From Deltaproteobacteria bacterium (lineage in GTDB: Bacteria > Bdellovibrionota_C > UBA2361 > J135), in NCBI GenBank assembly GCA_020635175.1, contig JACKAH010000003.1:67190-131189 (forward strand): a stretch of DNA of 64,000 bases. Direction: 5' to 3'. The notes below the pieces were generated by a model, which was given only the letters and a program-made list of their open reading frames with translations, did no database searches and was not told where the DNA came from. Each line of letters begins with the position of its first letter. The first letter of the stretch is position 1. This document shows, piece after piece, positions 20,102 to 28,981 of the stretch. Both the position numbers and the translations under genes were made by a program.

Positions 20102-21166
20102 ATGCAATTGTCACACGAAGAATTGGATCTTCTTTTAGAAACAGATCTTTTCCCTGGACATCCAGATTTTCAAGGCCCTCTGCTTGAGGGAACAGAGACA
20201 TTTGAGCTTAGAGACCTGTCATCTTATCTCCGGTATGAGACGGCTTTGGCGAACGCAAAACAAGATGCAACATATTCAGGGAAGCCGCTTATTGTAAGGT
20301 ATAGTGACGTCGAACTTTTGGTTGAGCCTGGTAGTAACTACCCTGAGCTGCGTGATAGATTTAGAGGAAGAGAGTTTCGCCAATTTTCTGATGCATACGA
20401 TCGTGATTATATAAAACCTCTCGCACTATTTTATGACAGAGTTAGTGGAGCTATTGAAAGACACATCTCCGATTCAAGAGAAAATAGCGTACTATCAATC
20501 GGTGCAGGGACTGGATTTGAACTGGAAAGTGCATTTCAAGATAGGCATTCACGTGGGACATGGGGGGTGTTTTTGGGTGTCGATCCTAGTTCTCGAAGCC
20601 TTAGAATTCTCGAGAAAAAAGCAGAGGCTTTTGAAAGAGTTGTAACGCATACACGCATTGCAAGTGCACATTCTTTAAAAGTAGAAGAAGTACGTCAGGA
20701 TATTATAAACACTATTGGTCTTCCAACCCTGGTTACTTGTATCAGAGCACTTAACGAAATTGATGCAACCAATAGACAGCCTGGTGATGATTTAGGGGCA
20801 CGATTGATACCTATGCTTAGAGCGCTTAAAAATCTTACCTGCTCAGTTCATGGCACTATTATCATTGCAGATCTCTACTTTCAGAATGAGGAAGCTTATC
20901 AGAGATATGCGGAAAATTTTAGACAGAGCCCGCTAGATAAAGGGTCTCATGAACCTGTAAACCCAAAACTACCTGAAGAACTTCTCATGCCAAAACAGGT
21001 AGGCTATCTTTTGGAACGTTCAGGTTTCTTAGTTAATAACATCAGTTATTGCCACTCTGACTCAGGAGTAAGTGGCTACGTGATAGAAGCCGTTCGTCCA
21101 GTTACTTTCCCATTCTATGTAAATCTGGAAGAAAGGTGGGAAATGACAGAGATTCCTCAAAGCTAG
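20102..21166 (+). CDS. Class I SAM-dependent methyltransferase-like protein, paralog B
   Basis: Motif I VLSIGAGTGFELE, post-I FLGVDPS, N-terminal DLFPGHPDFQGPL; colinear with paralog A. Confidence 0.7.
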   Translation: MQLSHEELDLLLETDLFPGHPDFQGPLLEGTETFELRDLSSYLRYETALANAKQDATYSGKPLIVRYSDVELLVEPGSNYPELRDRFRGREFRQFSDAYDRDYIKPLALFYDRVSGAIERHISDSRENSVLSIGAGTGFELESAFQDRHSRGTWGVFLGVDPSSRSLRILEKKAEAFERVVTHTRIASAHSLKVEEVRQDIINTIGLPTLVTCIRALNEIDATNRQPGDDLGARLIPMLRALKNLTCSVHGTIIIADLYFQNEEAYQRYAENFRQSPLDKGSHEPVNPKLPEELLMPKQVGYLLERSGFLVNNISYCHSDSGVSGYVIEAVRPVTFPFYVNLEERWEMTEIPQS

Positions 21167-21177
21167 GATATGATATT

Positions 21178-21546
21178 TCAAGAGGCTAAAATTATCCTTA
21201 TCTCCTCAGGATCAAAAGGTTTGGCCAAAAATCCGGTCATCCCAAGGGAGTTTGCATGCGCGATGTCATCATCATCTGCATGTCCTGAAATTAGGTAAAA
21301 GGGGATATCTGGTAGAAATTCTCTAATTGCTGCTAATACCTCAAAACCATCCATCTCGGGCATTCTTAGGTCGCATAGAATCAAGTTGAAATCTGAGCCT
21401 GCTTTGAGTGCCTCAATCGCATCTGAGCCTCTTTCAAAAATCTCTGCATTTGCTCCCATAGCTCCCAGCATGAGCTTAAGAGCAGTTAGAACCCCAGGCT
21501 CATCATCAATGATCATAATATGTTGCTGCGAAGTTGCAGAATTCAT
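21178..21546 (-). CDS. Single-domain response regulator (CheY-like receiver)
   Basis: IIDDEPG, LILCDLRMPEMDG (phospho-acceptor Asp), ISGH and LAKPF motifs; 122 aa with no output domain. Confidence 0.88.
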   Translation of the reverse strand: MNSATSQQHIMIIDDEPGVLTALKLMLGAMGANAEIFERGSDAIEALKAGSDFNLILCDLRMPEMDGFEVLAAIREFLPDIPFYLISGHADDDDIAHANSLGMTGFLAKPFDPEEIRIILAS

Positions 21547-21636
21547 TACAAATTAGGTCTCTAACTGTTAATTTAAGCTCAGAGTTGATATAAACAATTT
21601 CTGTTTACTTAGTAGATTTTAGCAGTTGTTGTCTAT

Positions 21637-24267
21637 ATGAACACCTCACAATCTGAGAAAAAACTTCCACCGATGCTAAAATTGTATCTTGAATACAAAG
21701 AGCAGTATCCTGATGTTCTACTCTTTTTTCAGGTTGGAGATTTTTTTGAGGTATTCTTTGATGATGCCAAAGTTGTAGCCAATGCCTTAAATTTAACTCT
21801 CACTAGCCGCGATAAAAATAGCGAAAACCCAGTTCCAATGTGTGGCGTACCAATAGCTGTCATTGATGGTTATTTAGATAGACTTGTTGCTCTTGGTCAT
21901 TCTGCTGCTGTTGTAAAACAGGTTGGAGATCCTAAAGCTGCTAAGGGCATGGTTAATAGAGAGCTTGAAAGAATTGTTACCCCAGGAGTTCGGATTCTTG
22001 GTAATACCGATGATGATACTCAGCAAAACTATGTTGCAGCTCTGTACCTACAAAATGATGAAGATATAGCTATCGCCTTTACTGATGTAAGAACAGGAAA
22101 GGTTTTAGTGCGGGATGGAATCGCACTTGATGAGCTAGTAAATGAAGTTAAGTATATCGCTCCATCTGAACTAGTTTTGCCGCGTGAGGTTTCAGAAAAG
22201 AAGATTGATCGAAGATCAAGTTGGGTGCGAAGGTTAGAAGAGAGTCTCGCTTCGAGATTAAAGTTCCGCATGCTTTCAAAGCAAGTTAGCCGCGATTATT
22301 TAGAGATAGCAGGATTTGCCTCTCTTTCGAGCAGCTCTAAAAAAGCCGTATCTCTTTTGATAGACTATGTTGATGAAACAACAGTCAGTTCGCAGGTCAA
22401 CATTCTGGCGATTCAAACTCAGAGCTTAGACGATGTCATGGGGATTGATTCATCTACTAGGACTCATTTAGAGCTGGTAAAAAACGTTCGAGACGGCACT
22501 AAAACAGGAACTTTGCTTAGTGTTTTAGATCTAACAAAGACTGCTTGTGGTGCGAGGAAGCTTAGAGATTGGATCTTACACCCCTCGGTTAATGCTGTAG
22601 AGATTAATGATAGACTGAATGTTGTGCAGTTTCTAAATCATCAATCTGAGATTAGAAACGAACTGCACGATAAGTTCTCATTTATCGTTGATCTAGAAAG
22701 ACTTGCCGCTAGGATTGAATTATCGGCAGTAAATCCACGTGAACTTGCTACGCTTCGAGATTCGCTATTCTATTTGCAGCAGTTGCGAAGCTACCTTTCA
22801 GACCGTATGACGCAAACTACTGAGCAGTGGCCTGTGCTCTTTAGCGGCTTGGTAAATGATTTTCAAGTTCCACAAGAGCTCTATCAGCTTTTATCTGAAG
22901 CGTTAACCGATGAGCCTCCACATGCATTAAATGACGGTGGCTTTATACGTGATGGGTACAATTCTGAGCTCGATGGTTATCGTGAAGTAAAAAAGAACGG
23001 CAAATCCTGGATTGCTGAACTTGAAGCGCAAGAGAAAAGTAGAACTGGAATTACTTCCTTAAAGATAAAGTTTAACAATGTGTTTGGTTATTTCATCGAA
23101 ATAACTAAATCGAACCTTGATAAAGTTCCGAGCAGTTACACTAGACGCCAAACAATGGCTAATGCTGAGCGTTTCATTACTGAAGAACTGAAACAACGTG
23201 AAGAACAAATTCTAGGTGCTGAATCCAAGCAGATTGCATTAGAGAAACGCTTATATGAAGAGGTAAAAGCACAGGTCGTACAGTTTGCTCCTCAAATTAG
23301 AGCTCTTGGTGAAGTAGTTGCAATTGCTGATCTGTTTTGCAGCCTTTCACAGGTAGCGCTGCGAGATGATCTAGTTAGACCTGAGATTCATGCAGGAAAT
23401 GATCTACATATTGTTAATGGAAAGCATCCCGTTCTATCAAGAATGCTTGAAAGCGACTTCGTGCCAAATACTTTAGAGATTGAAGATTCTAAGCAGAGCG
23501 TCTTTGTGATTACCGGCCCAAACATGGGAGGTAAATCTACATATCTAAGACAGAACGCATTGATTGTAATTATGGCTCAAATTGGAAGCTATGTTCCTGC
23601 TGAAACTGCTTCAATCGGAATAGTTGATAATATTTTTACAAGAATTGGTGCCTCCGATAATGTTTTAGAAGGGGAATCAACGTTCATGGTAGAGATGCGT
23701 GAAGCAGCGTATATTTTATCTAAAGCTACAAAGCGTTCGCTGCTGTTAGTAGACGAATTGGGTAGGGGAACCGCCACTCAAGATGGGCTTGCAATAGCAC
23801 AGTCTTTGCTTGAATGGATCGTGAACCATTTATCAGCACGTACTTTGTTTGCCACTCATTTTCATGAATTAACAGCACTTGCTGATGTACACTCTACGGT
23901 TTCAAATCTATCAGTTGGGTCTATCGATCGTGATGGGGAGATTATCTTTACACATCAAATTTGTAAGGGTGCTGCTAGTAAGTCCTATGGACTTGAAGTA
24001 GCTAAACTAGCTGGTTTGCCTCCAGAGCTTCTGAAAAGGGCAAGAGAGATTATGTGTAGTCTAAGCTTTAGTTCTGAGCAACCACAGGGACAGCTTTCGT
24101 TCTTTTCGCCGCAAACTGTAGCAAAGGAGATAGTAAAAGAGAGAGAACCTGAAGATTATAACTCTTTGAAACGTCTACAGGGTGAGATTGAAGGGATAGA
24201 TATAAACAAGCTTACACCACTTGAAGCGCTCAATGCGTTAGCTCAATTTAAAAAGGATTTGCATTGA
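21637..24267 (+). CDS. mutS: DNA mismatch repair protein MutS
   Basis: 876 aa; GDFFEVFFDDA N-terminus, Walker A GPNMGGKST, DELGRGT motif. Confidence 0.97.
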   Translation: MNTSQSEKKLPPMLKLYLEYKEQYPDVLLFFQVGDFFEVFFDDAKVVANALNLTLTSRDKNSENPVPMCGVPIAVIDGYLDRLVALGHSAAVVKQVGDPKAAKGMVNRELERIVTPGVRILGNTDDDTQQNYVAALYLQNDEDIAIAFTDVRTGKVLVRDGIALDELVNEVKYIAPSELVLPREVSEKKIDRRSSWVRRLEESLASRLKFRMLSKQVSRDYLEIAGFASLSSSSKKAVSLLIDYVDETTVSSQVNILAIQTQSLDDVMGIDSSTRTHLELVKNVRDGTKTGTLLSVLDLTKTACGARKLRDWILHPSVNAVEINDRLNVVQFLNHQSEIRNELHDKFSFIVDLERLAARIELSAVNPRELATLRDSLFYLQQLRSYLSDRMTQTTEQWPVLFSGLVNDFQVPQELYQLLSEALTDEPPHALNDGGFIRDGYNSELDGYREVKKNGKSWIAELEAQEKSRTGITSLKIKFNNVFGYFIEITKSNLDKVPSSYTRRQTMANAERFITEELKQREEQILGAESKQIALEKRLYEEVKAQVVQFAPQIRALGEVVAIADLFCSLSQVALRDDLVRPEIHAGNDLHIVNGKHPVLSRMLESDFVPNTLEIEDSKQSVFVITGPNMGGKSTYLRQNALIVIMAQIGSYVPAETASIGIVDNIFTRIGASDNVLEGESTFMVEMREAAYILSKATKRSLLLVDELGRGTATQDGLAIAQSLLEWIVNHLSARTLFATHFHELTALADVHSTVSNLSVGSIDRDGEIIFTHQICKGAASKSYGLEVAKLAGLPPELLKRAREIMCSLSFSSEQPQGQLSFFSPQTVAKEIVKEREPEDYNSLKRLQGEIEGIDINKLTPLEALNALAQFKKDLH

Positions 24268-25475
24268 TTAAACAGTTTTTAGCAGGTTTGTTGGTCCTAA
24301 TTTTTGCAACCAGTATCGCGTCTGCTGAGACTTTTGATGCAATCAAATCTGATTATCTACTACTAAGAAACACTGATACAGAGGTAACGAGAACTGCGGA
24401 ATGGCAAGCAACTGCCAATCGATTTGAGCAGTACGCACAAAAAGATCTCAAGAAGCCACATGCTGCATCTGCACTTTATCATGCAGCTCTGATTTATAGT
24501 GAACTCTTTAGAAAGCTTGAAACCAAATTCTTTTTAACTCGTAGTTTGGAGCTTTTTGAGTCAGTTCCTCGTGATTATCCAGGCCATGAGCTAGCAGATG
24601 ATGCCTTAGTTCGGCTTGGAAACCTGCAGCTCTTTGATAAGAAAGATAAAAAAGCAGCACGTCGCAGTTATCAGGAGGTAGTCTATGCTTATCCTGATTC
24701 TGATATGTTTTTAGTGGCTAAAGAGAAGTTAAATCTTTTAGAGCATGGAAAACTTCCTTCACGTCGTATCGAGACAAAAGAGAAGCAGAAAGGAATTCCA
24801 CTTATCGTAATTGATCCCGGTCACGGAGGAGAAGACACGGGGGCTGTCGGTGGTGATAAGCTGATGGAGAAAGACGTTGTACTTGATATTGGTTTAAGAC
24901 TTTCTAAGTTGCTAGAGCAGGACCCAAGCTATCAGGTGCGAATGACCCGACGCAGTGATGTTTTTATTCCTCTGAAACAACGCACGGAGATAGCAAATGA
25001 TTTTGAAGCTGATCTCTTTGTTAGCTTGCATATTAATGCCTCAAAAAGTAAATCGGTCACAGGTATTGAGACCTATTATTTAGATAATACTAATGAACAG
25101 GGAAGCCAGAAGTTAGCAGAGAGAGAAAACCAGTTTTATGCTTCACAAGGTGATGGCGGAGATCTTAACTTTATTCTAAGCGATCTAATACAGAGTGCTA
25201 AGCTGGATGATTCTATTGCGCTTGCTAATCAAATTCAAACTGAGTTGATTAAGCACATGAAAACACAATGGGGAAAGACTGTAGACCTTGGAGTTAAGCG
25301 AGCACCGTTTTACGTTTTAGTGGGTGCTCATATGCCATGTGTTTTAGTTGAACTTTATTTCATTAACAATCGTAATGATGAAAAGAAGCTAGCTAATTCT
25401 GAATTTAGACAAGACCTAGCAGAAGCCCTTTATAAAGGGGTAGCACGTTTCATTCAAACGCATAAACCATCATGA
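24264..25475 (+). CDS. N-acetylmuramoyl-L-alanine amidase (Amidase_3) with an N-terminal TPR/YbgF-like region
   Basis: IDPGHGGEDTGAVG and SLHINAS motifs; signal peptide; TTG start overlapping the mutS stop. Confidence 0.85.
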   Translation: MIKQFLAGLLVLIFATSIASAETFDAIKSDYLLLRNTDTEVTRTAEWQATANRFEQYAQKDLKKPHAASALYHAALIYSELFRKLETKFFLTRSLELFESVPRDYPGHELADDALVRLGNLQLFDKKDKKAARRSYQEVVYAYPDSDMFLVAKEKLNLLEHGKLPSRRIETKEKQKGIPLIVIDPGHGGEDTGAVGGDKLMEKDVVLDIGLRLSKLLEQDPSYQVRMTRRSDVFIPLKQRTEIANDFEADLFVSLHINASKSKSVTGIETYYLDNTNEQGSQKLAERENQFYASQGDGGDLNFILSDLIQSAKLDDSIALANQIQTELIKHMKTQWGKTVDLGVKRAPFYVLVGAHMPCVLVELYFINNRNDEKKLANSEFRQDLAEALYKGVARFIQTHKPS

Positions 25476-26452
25476 TATTGCCAAAGAATCAGTCAGCTTT
25501 AATTGAAGAAATTTACTCAATCTCTAAAAGCAATTCTGTCGAGCTGTTTTTAGTTGGCGGTTTCCTGCGTGATTCTTTATTGGATATCGAGTCCCTTGAT
25601 TATGATTTTGTTGTTGAGGGAGATGCGATTAAGTTTGCAGAAACTTTAAAGGCAGAGATTGGTGGAGAACTGAAATCTTTTGCAAGCTTTGGAACTGCAA
25701 AGTTAGTTAACTTTAATTTTGAGTCCTCAATTTATGAGCTTGATTTTGCAATGGCTCGAGAGGAAAGCTATGCACATCCGGGCGCATTGCCTACGGTTGT
25801 CTCGGGCAAGCTAGAGAGCGATCTGCAAAGACGAGACTTTACAATTAATTCTATGGCGATTGCTCTGAGGGATATTGTTGAGAGTTTGAATGCAGAGCTA
25901 ACATTAAAAGAGCTAATTAGAGCGAAATTGCTGGATCCTTTTGGTGGTCTGTTAGATTTAGATCAGAAACTCATACGAATCTTGCATGACTTAAGCTTTC
26001 AAGATGATCCCACTCGCATTTTTCGTGCCTATCGCTATTTAGTGAGGATAGGGGGAGAGCTAGAACAACACACTGCAAAACTTCTACAGACAGCTCTCAA
26101 AGATTGCGCACTGCAAAATATCTCTGTGTTTAGAATCTATAATGAGTTTAAGAAAATAGCATTAGAGCAAAATCCAAGCAGAGTCTTTGCCGAGCTTTTA
26201 AAGCATGGAGTCCTTGCTGGTTGCGGATGGTTTTCAAAGAAAAGTGGCGAGAAATTTTGCCAGGCGGTAGAGCTCTCAAACAATCTCTCTGAAGATTTAC
26301 CTTTAATACTTTTAGCTAGCATTGATCAGGTCAAGGCTGAGGCTGCATTGAAAGAGATGCGCTTTAAGAGTAAAGAAATTTCCGCTTTCAAAAATCAGAT
26401 TACACAATCATCTGACTCAGTTCTAATTTCATTTCTAAATGAGTGTAAATGA
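25472..26452 (+). CDS. Poly(A) polymerase / CCA-adding enzyme family nucleotidyltransferase (short)
   Basis: LVGGFLRDSLL, DYDF and RRDFTINSMA head-domain motifs; ATGA overlap with the upstream gene. Confidence 0.8.
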   Translation: MILPKNQSALIEEIYSISKSNSVELFLVGGFLRDSLLDIESLDYDFVVEGDAIKFAETLKAEIGGELKSFASFGTAKLVNFNFESSIYELDFAMAREESYAHPGALPTVVSGKLESDLQRRDFTINSMAIALRDIVESLNAELTLKELIRAKLLDPFGGLLDLDQKLIRILHDLSFQDDPTRIFRAYRYLVRIGGELEQHTAKLLQTALKDCALQNISVFRIYNEFKKIALEQNPSRVFAELLKHGVLAGCGWFSKKSGEKFCQAVELSNNLSEDLPLILLASIDQVKAEAALKEMRFKSKEISAFKNQITQSSDSVLISFLNECK

Positions 26453-27663
26453 CTCAGTATTCACTTTCGTATTTAGAAGAATCTATTAAACAAGCTGCGC
26501 TTAAGTTGTGGCCAGAGATTAATCACGAACCACATTTTTATCCTCTACTTGATTTAAATCTCGGAGATGTTTGCTGTGATTACTGTATTGAGCTTTCAAC
26601 TCTATTGAAACGTTCACCAAAAACTTTACAGAGAGAACTTGTACAGAACCTGCCTGAAGATTTCCCTTTTTGTCTCTGCATGCATGACGGTTATCTAAAT
26701 TATAGATATCACTTGAATGAAGGTAATTTTTCTGAGTTTTTGAGTGGATTAGATGGTTTTCAACCACAGGCAGAAATTTATGATGCATTGATTCTCACAC
26801 CACCTGTGAAGAACTGTTTTGGTTTGTCTTATTTAAGACTAGCAGCCAGGGCAATCTACCACTTCTCATTGTTAAGAAGTTCTGGAAGTCAGGTTAAATT
26901 TTTTCTCGGAAACACTCTACTAGAGGTTGATAGTAGTCAAGTTTTTGATCAAAACCTCTTTATGAATTTATCAAAGTTGGCCTTTGGTGAGCCGATTACT
27001 CAGGCTGAGGCAGTTGACCAGGTTGTTGAGTGTTTAGCTTCTGGTAAGTTTGATAAAAGTTTTATTTGCTCATCTGGGCAAATTTTAGAGCACAACCTTT
27101 TTGAAAACCTGAAGTCTGAATACAACACAAAGTTACGTTTCCCTAAAAACTTCTGGCTTAATACTGATACTGCAACGTTGAGGGATGCTGAAAAACTAGT
27201 CCAGACCTTGAATACAAAAGATTTATTCTTTCACCTGTTGCTACCATATCATGGACAAGATCTAAGCTTTGATGCCATAGGGCTGAAGTGTCGAGATAAT
27301 TTACCTTGGTATTTTGCATCTAGCCTCGAAAGATTAAAACGTTTTAGCTCTAAGCAGAGCATAGCTGAAGCTGAGATGATAAATTTTGAGCAGCTAGAAC
27401 CTAATTTCCTACAACTTCTAAAGCGTCTCTGCTTTATGAAATCCTTGGTAGAGGAGCTTCGAAGGAATGGAGAGGTAGAGTCATTTGTTGAGATAGTTTT
27501 GGAGCTCTTAGACCAAATCAACAGGATGGTTAATAATCCAAGTTTTCGGCAATCTGTTGAGCGTAGGGATCTTTCGTATTTTGAAGAGCTGCTACTGACT
27601 AGAAGTATTTGTACTTTAGAGCATTTAGCCCCATTCTTCTCCCTTGATAATACGAGGTTTTGA
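26449..27663 (+). CDS. Hypothetical protein; N-terminus tentatively resembles the ArgRS N-terminal add-on domain, without the catalytic core
   Basis: Coupled ORF (ATGA overlap). GD..CDYCIELSTLLKRSPKTLQRELV recalls the GDyatN.a..LAK.lk..P..iA pattern of ArgRS N-termini; no HIGH or KMSK motif seen. Confidence 0.45.
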   Translation: MTQYSLSYLEESIKQAALKLWPEINHEPHFYPLLDLNLGDVCCDYCIELSTLLKRSPKTLQRELVQNLPEDFPFCLCMHDGYLNYRYHLNEGNFSEFLSGLDGFQPQAEIYDALILTPPVKNCFGLSYLRLAARAIYHFSLLRSSGSQVKFFLGNTLLEVDSSQVFDQNLFMNLSKLAFGEPITQAEAVDQVVECLASGKFDKSFICSSGQILEHNLFENLKSEYNTKLRFPKNFWLNTDTATLRDAEKLVQTLNTKDLFFHLLLPYHGQDLSFDAIGLKCRDNLPWYFASSLERLKRFSSKQSIAEAEMINFEQLEPNFLQLLKRLCFMKSLVEELRRNGEVESFVEIVLELLDQINRMVNNPSFRQSVERRDLSYFEELLLTRSICTLEHLAPFFSLDNTRF

Positions 27664-27715
27664 GACCATAATAGCTCCTGTTCGCATCTAAAGTAATTTA
27701 CATTTACACGAAGTC

Positions 27716-28789
27716 ATGGCGTTAGATAAATCACGAAAAACTAAACAAAATTGGTCGATTAAGCTAGGAATTGTTCAGGCGGTGGTGCTGTTGGGTATTG
27801 TAACCGGCAGTATGCTTTGTTCCTTTTACCTTGGCTTAGTTTCTGGACAGAAGGCAGGCTTTGAAAGTGCTCAGGCCCTTAATCTTTCAACAAGTGCCCG
27901 TATGCCGATTCCAGAGGAGTATCAATATAGTGACGAGGAACTTACCTCTGATATTTACGCTAAGCTTAGTGATGCTACTTCACCAACTGTTGAAACTGAG
28001 GAGTTAGAGCCAGTTCCTGAGATTGGTCAGATAGAGACAACCAAAGTAACTCGTCCAACAGTTAAAGAGAAAACTCTTGAGCTTAGTGACGTTGACGAAG
28101 AGTCCGATCATGAAAGTGTACTAACTATACTCGGTGATGTTGGTAAGAAGAAAAAAGTTGATAACCGAAATACATTAGCCCTTCTTGATAGTGCTGATGA
28201 AAAATTAGGTTCGCTTGAGCCCGTTGCCAAGGAGGCACAGAAGGAAGTTCAAGTAGAAGCTGAAATAGTGCAAAAGCCTGAAGAGGTATTGGCAGATCAA
28301 TCAGAGATCTCCACACGCGATCTTGTTAAAGCTGAGCAGTCAGAAGAGCTAACGGTTGAGCCGAAAAAAGAAGAGATTATCGTTGCTAAAATCGATAAGA
28401 AAACTTTTGAGCAAGAAGAAATAAAAGAAAAAGCTGCTAAGAAAACAGTTGAGCCTGTTGTTGCTAAAAAAGTAGAGCAGACTCAAGAGATTCAAAGAGA
28501 GCTTGAGAAACGTAAAGAAGATTCATCCTTAGTTAAGACAATTATCCCAGGTGGTTGGTATGCTCAGGTTGCAGCTCCAAGGAAGCTTCAGACAGCTGAC
28601 GAGTTAGGAACGCAACTTAGAAACTCAGGTTTTCCTGTGCTGATTGAAAGAGCAAATATTCGTGGACAGGAATACTTCAGAGTTCTAGTTGGACCAGAGG
28701 ATCAACGTGCACAGGCTGATAGGCTAGTAGGTCAGCTCAAACGAGAAAGTTATCTAAGAGGGGCTCCTTTTATTAGGCGAATTAGATAA
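27716..28789 (+). CDS. SPOR-domain cell-division-associated membrane protein
   Basis: N-terminal TM helix, long Glu/Lys-rich linker, C-terminal SPOR-like GGWYAQVAA...EYFRVLVGPE. Confidence 0.8.
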   Translation: MALDKSRKTKQNWSIKLGIVQAVVLLGIVTGSMLCSFYLGLVSGQKAGFESAQALNLSTSARMPIPEEYQYSDEELTSDIYAKLSDATSPTVETEELEPVPEIGQIETTKVTRPTVKEKTLELSDVDEESDHESVLTILGDVGKKKKVDNRNTLALLDSADEKLGSLEPVAKEAQKEVQVEAEIVQKPEEVLADQSEISTRDLVKAEQSEELTVEPKKEEIIVAKIDKKTFEQEEIKEKAAKKTVEPVVAKKVEQTQEIQRELEKRKEDSSLVKTIIPGGWYAQVAAPRKLQTADELGTQLRNSGFPVLIERANIRGQEYFRVLVGPEDQRAQADRLVGQLKRESYLRGAPFIRRIR

Positions 28790-28981
28790 TTAAAATGTTG
28801 TTTTAATTATAGGCTAGTTACTGAAATACTAATCTTTTTTCATGGTTAAGCGTATTCGAGCTCTTTTGAGTTAAAACCTAGTAAAATCGAAGCCATAACT
28901 ACTATCTTAGTCGAACCTTTTGACTTGGTGTATAATCTAATACTTAGCGTAATAATTGTAATTGTTTAGCCAAGAATTTTA

